DNA of 63,750 nt, counting the filler. It is 4 parts of 4 records of this genome, joined end to end, with 100 filler letters (N's around TTAATTAATTAA, not from the genome) between each part and the next. Parts side by side here need not be neighbours in the genome. Positions count along the whole stretch, not along the records: positions 46,242 to 58,455 come from SRR20825019_940; positions 58,556 to 63,750 come from SRR20825019_1049; 2 more parts are not named here. The stretch is one strand, 5' to 3'. Positions 50,161 through 60,264 of the stretch are shown piece after piece. A program made the translations under genes and the position numbers. Each line of letters starts with the position of its first letter. Position 1 is the first letter of the stretch. The notes beneath the pieces are model-generated. The model was not told the DNA's origin. It worked only from the letters and a program-made list of their open reading frames with translations, and ran no database searches.

Positions 50161-51093
50161 CTAACACACGCGGCCGCGTTTGATGGCGGCACTATTGGCC
50201 ATGGGATTGTCACCGACCCAGCGTTCATCGACGGGTTGGCTGGCGCGTTGGTAGCGGGTATCGGTGGAGATGCGCATGCGATCCGTCAAATTATCGAGAC
50301 CACCGTGAATCATGGTCATGCCAAAGGTGATGAAATCGCCCATCTTCCATTCGGGAGCGGTCAGCCAGCGTCCGCCGATTTTCTCGCGGAGCGTGGCGGG
50401 GTTTTTGCTGAGATAGCCGGGGTGGCTCCAGCCGACATCGACTTTGAGTTTTTCGAGATCGCGGGGGCGGTTGCTGCAATAGGCATCCACATCGACTTCG
50501 AGGTAGTTCTTGATGCGGTCGGATTTCTGATGCGAATCCTCAAGCAGCATGACGCCACCGGTTTCGAGCGAGGTGTCACCGTAAGGGACCCAGCAGGTGT
50601 AGAGTTGGTGGGTGCCGCGACCCATGTAAACGATATCGCAATGGGGCGTGGAGCCCTGGCCGCGACTCATGGCGCGAAACCAGGTGTAGTCGAAATGGCG
50701 CACGGGTTCTCCGAAGAGATTGGTGTAAAACTCGATCAGTTCCGGACCGTAAACGACGCGCTCGACTTCCTTATTATTGCGGGCGGGTTCGCGGTTGAAG
50801 TTGCTGGTCTCGTTGGGATGAGCGACCGCTTCGATGCTGGGGTAAGCGGGATCGAGCTTGCCGGCTTGGGCGAGGCGATCGCAGACAGAGGCCCGGGCGG
50901 CGTGCACGAGATCGCGATCGAAGAAGCCGGGAAGATAAAGGTAGCCGTCGTCTTCGAGCCGCTGGCGCAGCACTTCGGGTTGATCGACATAGTCGGCGGA
51001 ACTGCGCACGAAACCAAAGGCCTCGTCGGACATATCGAGGGCATGGCCGCAGGAAGAGAGGGCGTGAGTAGCTACCGGGGCGGGGAGGGGCAT
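50161..51093 (-). CDS. Phytanoyl-CoA dioxygenase (PhyH) family Fe(II)/2OG oxygenase
   Basis: DGYLYLPG, HCD (HxD), WVPYGD...GG, IHG..DN...RISTDTRYQ. Confidence 0.9.
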   Translation of the reverse strand: MPLPAPVATHALSSCGHALDMSDEAFGFVRSSADYVDQPEVLRQRLEDDGYLYLPGFFDRDLVHAARASVCDRLAQAGKLDPAYPSIEAVAHPNETSNFNREPARNNKEVERVVYGPELIEFYTNLFGEPVRHFDYTWFRAMSRGQGSTPHCDIVYMGRGTHQLYTCWVPYGDTSLETGGVMLLEDSHQKSDRIKNYLEVDVDAYCSNRPRDLEKLKVDVGWSHPGYLSKNPATLREKIGGRWLTAPEWKMGDFITFGMTMIHGGLDNLTDRMRISTDTRYQRASQPVDERWVGDNPMANSAAIKRGRVC

Positions 51094-51238
51094 GGGAAAT
51101 GGCTTAAGGGAGAAAACGGTGGCTGGAAAGCCAGAATCACATGGAGTAAATCGAGTGGATGAGAATGACCAGTTTTGTCGGTTGGATTTATTCTCAAGGG
51201 AGTTTGCCGTGGCCCGGTTCAGGGGGCAGTCGGAGCTG

Positions 51239-51751
51239 ATGAACGGGATTGAAACCGAGCGATTGAAACTCCGGCGTTTCCGGGAAACCGATGCAGGGTT
51301 CGTTCGCGAGTTGGTAAACGATGCGGGTTGGCTGCGCTCTATCGGAGATCGTGGTATCCGGACCAATGAGCAGGCGCTTACGTATATTGGGTAGCTGAAG
51401 ACCGTGTGGGAGCAATACGGATACGGTGCCTGCTAGATTGAAGTGAAGGCATCGGGCTTGCCTGTCGGGATCGCGGGTTTGTTTCGGCGGGAAGGACTGA
51501 ACGATCCGGATATCGGGTTTGCGCTGTTGGCTGAATATTGCGGGGCAGGCTACGCGCCGGAAGCCTCTGCCGCGGTGATGGAATTTGCCCGGGAGGGGGT
51601 GGATTTATCGCGGATCGCCGCGGTCACCGTGCCGGAGAATCAGGCCTCGATTCGCCTGTTGGAAAAATTGGGACTCGAATTTGTGCAGAAGGTCAGATTG
51701 CCGGGAGGCGTGGAGGATCTGGCGGTTTATGCGATCGAGCGTCTGTCTTAA
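51239..51751 (+). pseudogene. RimJ/RimL-type GNAT acetyltransferase interrupted by two in-frame TAG codons
   Basis: IETERLKLR...IGDRG...YIG*LKTVWEQYGYGAC*IEVK...DIGFALL...GAGYAPEA...NQASIRLLEKLG; TAG at 51392-51394 and 51434-51436 in the same frame. Confidence 0.85.
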
Positions 51752-51814
51752 AAGCACGGTATCTCCGCATGTTTACGTATATTCGGGTGCAGCGAAAAAC
51801 CGTATGATGATGGC

Positions 51815-52429
51815 ATGTCTGCAATCACGACAGAACAGGAGAGTCTGCCGCCGCATCTGGACGCGGAATCACAATACGCGACGCGTAACAACGCGTTGAC
51901 GCCTGCGGTTGTGTGGAAATTGCGGAGCGGAAGTTTACTGCGGGAAGACGGTAAGGGTCCGCCCCGCGAGGTGGGGCTTGAGGACATTCAATCGGTGCAG
52001 CTGGAATATGTGCCCACGCGACCTGAGCCGAATCGCTATCGTTGCCGGATCACGTTGGCCAATGCCACCCGGTTGGAGATCTTCAATCGCACTTACCGTG
52101 GCGTCTATGATTTTGCCGATACGAGTGCGGGGTATGTTGAATTTGTGCGAAACCTCCACACGGCCTTGGCGCAGCACTCGCCGCGGTGCCGCTTCGTGGC
52201 CGGAGCCTCGGCGACGAGCTATGCGGTCAACCTCGGCGTGTTGATGCTCGTCTGCGCGGTGGTCCTGGGAGCGTTGGCGTTTTTCGTATTGGCGGGAATG
52301 CTCTGGGTCGTGTTGATCAAAATTCTGCTGATCCTCTTTTATCTGCCCACGGCTTTCAAATGGGCGCGCCGTAATAAGCCGCGGGCCTATCCGCCCCACG
52401 CGATTCCCGAGAATGTGCTGCCGCGTTGA
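51815..52429 (+). CDS. Hypothetical membrane protein
   Basis: Soluble beta-rich N-terminus, two C-terminal TM helices, ends NKPRAYPPHAIPENVLP. Confidence 0.75.
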   Translation: MSAITTEQESLPPHLDAESQYATRNNALTPAVVWKLRSGSLLREDGKGPPREVGLEDIQSVQLEYVPTRPEPNRYRCRITLANATRLEIFNRTYRGVYDFADTSAGYVEFVRNLHTALAQHSPRCRFVAGASATSYAVNLGVLMLVCAVVLGALAFFVLAGMLWVVLIKILLILFYLPTAFKWARRNKPRAYPPHAIPENVLPR

Positions 52430-52446
52430 TTCTAGCGCGCGACGTT

Positions 52447-53214
52447 CTATCGGCGTCGATATGAGGTCAGGGTAAGTAGCGTGAGGCCGAGCGCCAAAAG
52501 CAGAGCGGTCGAAGGTTCGGGCACGGCGGCCCACTCGATGGAGTTGTGCAGCATCAAAGCGTAGTGGGTGTTGCCCAGTTCGTTGGGACCCACGACGGTC
52601 GAGATTTGCAGCACCCGGCCCGCACCGACTTCCCAACCGACCACTCCGGCACCGTTGGCTCCACCGGAACTCGAATAAAAAACCGTGGCCCCGGATTTCG
52701 CGGTGAACATGGATTCCACGCCAGCGAAACTGTCAGTCGAGAAGGCAAAGGCCGTGGGCAGGCCGTCATTGATGACCGGATCGGCCGTGACCTGGGTGTA
52801 ACTGAGGGTTGATCCGCCGGTGTATTGAGTGGTGGCGACGACGGGCAGGATGTCGCTGAGATTGGAGAACAATCCCCGGGCGTTCATCCAGTTGGTCCAC
52901 TCGCTGGTAATCAGCCCGCCCCCATTACTGACGAAATCCTTCAATGCGGTTTGCGCGGTGAGCGGCATGTCCACGCTACTGCTCCAATTGTTGTTGGGGA
53001 AAAGCATCACGACATCGATCCCCGCCAGTTCGGAGGCATTGAATGAGCTATATGCACTGCCGATGGTCACGGAGTAACCGGCGTTCTGCAGCGAGGTCTG
53101 AGTCGTGTTGTTGAGCGAAGTCGAGCCCGTGGAGAGTAACAGCACCGTCTGTCCGTGCGCGCTCCATGGAAGGAGCACGAGCAACGTGAAGGTAAAGCAG
53201 GCCCAAGATTTCAC
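52447..53214 (-). CDS. PEP-CTERM sorted surface protein
   Basis: Signal peptide; VPEPST, TM helix and RRR at the C-terminus; ALKDFVSNGGGLI suggests a class I glutamine amidotransferase-like fold. Confidence 0.9.
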   Translation of the reverse strand: MKSWACFTFTLLVLLPWSAHGQTVLLLSTGSTSLNNTTQTSLQNAGYSVTIGSAYSSFNASELAGIDVVMLFPNNNWSSSVDMPLTAQTALKDFVSNGGGLITSEWTNWMNARGLFSNLSDILPVVATTQYTGGSTLSYTQVTADPVINDGLPTAFAFSTDSFAGVESMFTAKSGATVFYSSSGGANGAGVVGWEVGAGRVLQISTVVGPNELGNTHYALMLHNSIEWAAVPEPSTALLLALGLTLLTLTSYRRR

Positions 53215-53275
53215 AGTGCTGTGCCTAGGGCGTGGGAGGATTTACGCAAGTCGATTACAAGACTGATGGAAACAC

Positions 53276-53307
53276 AAAGCCCTGCGCCGGTGAGGGCTCG
53301 GGGCTTT
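53276..53307 (-). terminator. Degenerate hairpin/terminator, copy of 54183-54214
   Basis: AAAGCCCTGCGCCGGTGAGGGCTCGGGGCTTT. Confidence 0.65.
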
Positions 53308-53330
53308 ATTAACGGTGAAGCTTTCTTTGA

Positions 53331-53816
53331 TCAGTCAGAAGGCGAGGTCCAATGAAGTTGTAGGGATCGACCCGATTCCAGAAGGGTTTTCAAACTGCTG
53401 ATGATCCCCGGCCATCCCATACTTACTCCGTGGATGATCTGACTGTCGGCGGGGAAATCTTCATGAATCACGGTGAATTTCACCGCGTCGCCGGTGGGGC
53501 CGATCGGCGGTTGCTGCGCTGCTTCGATCAGGTAGGTGACGCGGGAGGCCGGTTCGTGACGGTCCTCAACGCGAAAGGTATAAACGAGTTTATGAGGCGG
53601 TTCGCTCGCGATGACTTCCCCGTCCCAATCAAGCGTGCCATCCTCTTGGTCGAAGCTTTCAACTTTTGAGCCGGGTTTCCAGTCGGAGCAGACTTTGTTA
53701 CCGAACCAGAAGGCGGGGATGGTTGTCTCAGTGGTGAGCGTTGCCCAGAGCTTTTCCGGGGTGGTGTGAATGTAGGTCACGTAGACGAACTGAGGTTTGG
53801 AATCAGAGGTATTCAT
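53331..53816 (-). CDS. SRPBCC (AHSA1/START-like) domain protein
   Basis: YVTYIHTTPEKLW..LT, SDWKPGS, EPPHKLVYTF, GWP.I.SSLKTLLE; ATGA overlap with the ArsR stop. Confidence 0.92.
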   Translation of the reverse strand: MNTSDSKPQFVYVTYIHTTPEKLWATLTTETTIPAFWFGNKVCSDWKPGSKVESFDQEDGTLDWDGEVIASEPPHKLVYTFRVEDRHEPASRVTYLIEAAQQPPIGPTGDAVKFTVIHEDFPADSQIIHGVSMGWPGIISSLKTLLESGRSLQLHWTSPSD

Positions 53817-54133
53817 GTTTTGTTCCTTGGGTTTTCGAGTGCTGATTTGAGATCGCTGATGGCTTGTAGACCGGAGGCTTCGAAGGACTTGATCCACCGG
53901 CGTGAAATGTCGTGGATTGGGACAGGATTGAGGTAGTGGAGCTTTTCCCGACCGCGGAAGATTGAGGTGACCAGATTCGCTGATTGGAGAATGGCGAGGT
54001 GTTTGGTGACGGCTTGGCGGCTCATTTCCAGCGGAGCGGAGAGTTGTGTAAGCGTCTGTCCGTTGTCTTCCCGCAGACGGTCCAAAATCCGTCGTCGATT
54101 GGCATCGGCCAGTGCCTTGAACACCTCATCCAT
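53813..54133 (-). CDS. ArsR/SmtB family transcriptional regulator
   Basis: MDEVFKALADANRRRIL...MSRQAVTKHLAIL...GREKLHYLN; likely start is ATG 54133, not the longer ORF-track start. Confidence 0.93.
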   Translation of the reverse strand: MDEVFKALADANRRRILDRLREDNGQTLTQLSAPLEMSRQAVTKHLAILQSANLVTSIFRGREKLHYLNPVPIHDISRRWIKSFEASGLQAISDLKSALENPRNKT

Positions 54134-54144
54134 GCGAAGAATAA

Positions 54145-54169
54145 ATGCAACTATATGGTTGCATGTCAA
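54145..54169 (-). promoter_or_regulatory. ArsR autoregulatory operator with -35 box
   Basis: ATGCAAC-N6-GTTGCAT inverted repeat (54145-54164) abutting TTGACA (minus strand, 54164-54169). Confidence 0.75.
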
Positions 54170-54179
54170 GGGCGAGCGC

Positions 54180-54214
54180 AAAAAAGCCCCGTGCCGGTGA
54201 GGGCACGGGGCTTT
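54180..54214 (-). terminator. Intrinsic terminator of ppdK
   Basis: Stem AAAGCCCCGTGCC / GGCACGGGGCTTT with a T run on the minus strand. Confidence 0.88.
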
Positions 54215-54245
54215 GAAAAAATGGCGGTGTAAAGACCGCTCCGAC

Positions 54246-57029
<2,784 letters not shown>

Positions 57030-57201
57030 GTGCGTTGTTTTGGTTAGTGAAAGTATTAGATGCGTGGTGACGCAAAGGCCCATGGAATTAGCAAACGATG
57101 GACACGACTGTCAACGGTGGAGGCGATGGGGAGGGTTTGAGAACTTGAAATCACGGGAATCGCGGAGTTGCGGATAGGTGGTGAGCGACTACCAACAAGT
57201 A

Positions 57202-58401
57202 ATGCGATCCGGATCATGGCAGGGTAAACTTGTGGGGGGAGCGGGTTTTTTGTTCATCCTCGGAATAGGATTTGCGGCGAACACGCCGGCGCAGATCGCG
57301 GCGTGGAGGGAGGCTGCTTCTTCGGGTGACGTGAAGGCGCAATGGAATCTGGCCAGGGCTTACGAAAATCGTGATGGGGTGGAGAGCGATCCGGGCCGTG
57401 AACTCACCTGGAAGCACGGTGCGGCGGAGGGAGGGGTGGCTGAAGCGCAATACTCGCTCGCCGCAAATTACTTCCAGGCTGAGCTGGGACTCTCACGGGA
57501 TGTGCGCACTGCGGTGATGTGGCTACGTCGCGCCGCCCTGCAGGGGCATATTGAGGCGAGTTACCGGTTGGGAGAAATCCATTTTCATGGGTTGGGCGGA
57601 GTGAAGGTTAATTATGCCCAGGTGGCCGCTGCGATGAAGAAACCGGCGCAGGAGAATTATCGCGATGCGGGGATGTATTTGGGTTACCTGAAGTTTACCG
57701 GTCTCGGGATGGCGAAAAATCAGGAGGCAGGCGCGGCGCTCCTGCGGGCTTCGGCGAAGGCGGGTCATGAGCAGGCGGAGGAATTGATGTGGGAGGCATA
57801 CGAGGCCGGGACACTTGAACCCATCGATGAACAGGAAAAGCTGCGTTGGATTGAAGCGGGGAGTCGCCAAAACGATCCCCGCGCGAAAGAGCGCCTCGGG
57901 CTGGCGTTGTTTGTGGGGCAGGGTATCGCACAGGACCGCGGTCGGGCACGGCCGTTGCTTTGGGAGGCGGCCCAACGTGGATCGGTGCCGGCGGCGACCG
58001 CACTCGCTCAGGAAATCGGAGAGCAACTCTCAACCGAATCGGCCGTGCTGAGTGAGCAACAACGGCAGGCGTTGATTTTGGAATACAATCGGATGGCCCA
58101 TCTGATCGCGGTTTCCGGAGGAGTGGCGGGCATGGAAACATACATTCGGGCGATGACGCATTTGCGGCCGATGGAAAAACTGGTGGCGAGGATGGATAAC
58201 CGGTTGAGTGTCGGGGAAGAACTCATCGAAGCAATGGCCTGGGGGCGCATCTATCATGCGGAGAACGGAGGCGATGCGGCGGTGCTCGCCTGGTCGGATG
58301 CGGCCGAGCTCTGGTTGATGAAGCATCCACCGGCGGTATTGAAAGTGCGTCAAAAGATGACGGAGTTAATCGAGAGCATCGCTTCGGCCCGAAGAAAATA
58401 A
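57202..58401 (+). CDS. SEL1-like repeat exported protein
   Basis: Signal/TM region; repeats such as AASSGDVKAQWNLA, AAEGGVAEAQYSLA, AALQGHIEASYRLG. Confidence 0.85.
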   Translation: MRSGSWQGKLVGGAGFLFILGIGFAANTPAQIAAWREAASSGDVKAQWNLARAYENRDGVESDPGRELTWKHGAAEGGVAEAQYSLAANYFQAELGLSRDVRTAVMWLRRAALQGHIEASYRLGEIHFHGLGGVKVNYAQVAAAMKKPAQENYRDAGMYLGYLKFTGLGMAKNQEAGAALLRASAKAGHEQAEELMWEAYEAGTLEPIDEQEKLRWIEAGSRQNDPRAKERLGLALFVGQGIAQDRGRARPLLWEAAQRGSVPAATALAQEIGEQLSTESAVLSEQQRQALILEYNRMAHLIAVSGGVAGMETYIRAMTHLRPMEKLVARMDNRLSVGEELIEAMAWGRIYHAENGGDAAVLAWSDAAELWLMKHPPAVLKVRQKMTELIESIASARRK

Positions 58402-58455
58402 ACGATTTCGAGGTAAGAGATCGCACTTCCGTTTTGACGCAATCCGCGCAGCATG

Positions 58456-58555
58456 NNNNNNNNNNNNNNNNNNNNNNNNNNNNNNNNNNNNNNNNNNNNT
58501 TAATTAATTAANNNNNNNNNNNNNNNNNNNNNNNNNNNNNNNNNNNNNNNNNNNN
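58456..58555. other. Artificial contig linker
   Basis: N run with TTAATTAATTAA at 58500-58511. Confidence 0.99.
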
Positions 58556-59675
58556 TCCACAGTGCCATCGCACACGCATCCGTTAGATTTACCCCCCTGA
58601 TGCAGTCCTCGGTAAGAGTGATGGTACTGGTCTTGTCCCCTGCAAATGTTACAGCTCCGCTCGCCTTTTTCGTGGGTCGTTGGAACAGCTCTGGGGTCCG
58701 CGTGGCGACGGGGAATGTGAACTTCACATCGCTATCGAACATGCTCAGCGTTGGGCTCTCCTTGAGGCCGTACTGCGTGGTGTCGAGGTTGGGAAGAGAC
58801 CACACAATTTTCAGATCCGCATCGATATCCACCAGCCTCGTGACGGACCGTGGTACGTATATGCTTAGCTTCTGGGGGGCCGTATCGTTGAGTGAGACGT
58901 AGCTGGGGTTGTTCTTGATGCTGTTGAACCAAGTGCATCCTGCTGCTATGGTGCTCGTGCAGGATAGACCATTGAGAAGCACTGCCTTTTTCGATACGTC
59001 CCACACATCTCCAAAAATCACCAAATTCAGCGTAAAGCCATAATCGCGCATGATGATCTCACTGAGGGGAACGGGGCTTATGCTGAGGGCAACTGCCTTA
59101 CCAGTAGCATCGACAGTTTCGAGTCGACCACGAATAAGCGACGCCTCAGAGGTGATTTGGAAAGAGACGGTTCTATCTCCTGAACTTAGCGATCCGGCCT
59201 TAATGTAGTTCGTTCCACTTGATCCTGTAATCGCGACTGAGCACGATACTGTTTCCGTCTCTGTTGGCGAAAAGCCATCTACGGCCTGGAGGCGTAATTG
59301 TATATTACTACCACTGACGTACACGGATTCGAATAAGCGATCTTTGTACTTCTCCCAACCATACTTATTGAGAGACTTGGAAATACAAGCAGCGGGGAAA
59401 ATAGTCCTGTCATTTGACATGGCGTCGAGGAATTGGACCTCATCATGAGTCATTGTAATTCGGACGAGGGACGATGATCCACCTGTTGAAAGTGTCTTTT
59501 CCCAAGAGCCGATAACATTAGCGACATCGACACTCCAAGCTGCCTCTCCGAAATTGACGATGTTGTTGCTGTAGGAGGAGGAGGCAATTAGCAACATCAA
59601 CATCATGGTTGTAGCAAGTACCTTCGCCACCACCACCGTACGGCATCGGTGTGGAACACTGCTACTTTTCATCAT
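58556..59675 (-). CDS. Eukaryotic secreted/surface protein, N-terminal part, cut by the contig end
   Basis: Hydrophobic signal peptide, S/T-rich beta-type sequence, no introns apparent. Confidence 0.7.
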
Positions 59676-60264
59676 TGATATGCGTGTTTGTTGCTGTTGA
59701 TTGTATTCTTGCTGCTGATGTTGTTGATTGTAATGTTTGCTTTTTTGGCTGTTTTCGTGTTCCTTTTTTAGTTTAAAACTTCAGAAATGATTGAGGTGGG
59801 TGTATAAATAATGGGGTACAAAGGTTTATATGTGCAGGTTTTAAGATAACAATGCATCATTCACAGGAAAAGCGCATCGTCTAACATTTGTGTGTTTTTA
59901 GTTTGAGAAGTGTGAAGATTTAATTTGAACAGTCAGTGTTGTTGTTGTTTTCGTGAGTAGTTGTAAGTGATTTTGTGATATTTTTTGATACATTACTCGG
60001 TTGCAAACACGACCGTTGAAAAACGGCGATGTTTAGGGATACATAGATAGAAAATAACTAGCAAATCGGTGCAGTAGTGTATTTCCTTCCCCTTTAAAAA
60101 ACCCTGTGTGGTCGATTGTTGTTGTTGTTGTGTTGGTGTAGTGTTGATGGTTGCTGAAACGAAAAGTGAAGCGTATTGCACCACTGCCATAATCATCCTC
60201 TCATCTACCAACATCCCCCTCCATCAATCCATCCTATTTATCAGAGTACAACTACTTCCCCTTT

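Noticed and set aside
50158-51162. 334-aa plus-strand ORF
   Set aside because: Antisense shadow of the PhyH gene in GC-rich DNA
51239-51751. Genome-wide TAG reassignment in contig 3
   Set aside because: Other genes in the contig terminate at TAG and none of the others has internal TAGs
59993-60214. 73-aa ORF with poly-Q
   Set aside because: Arises from a (TTG)n microsatellite in a likely 3' UTR
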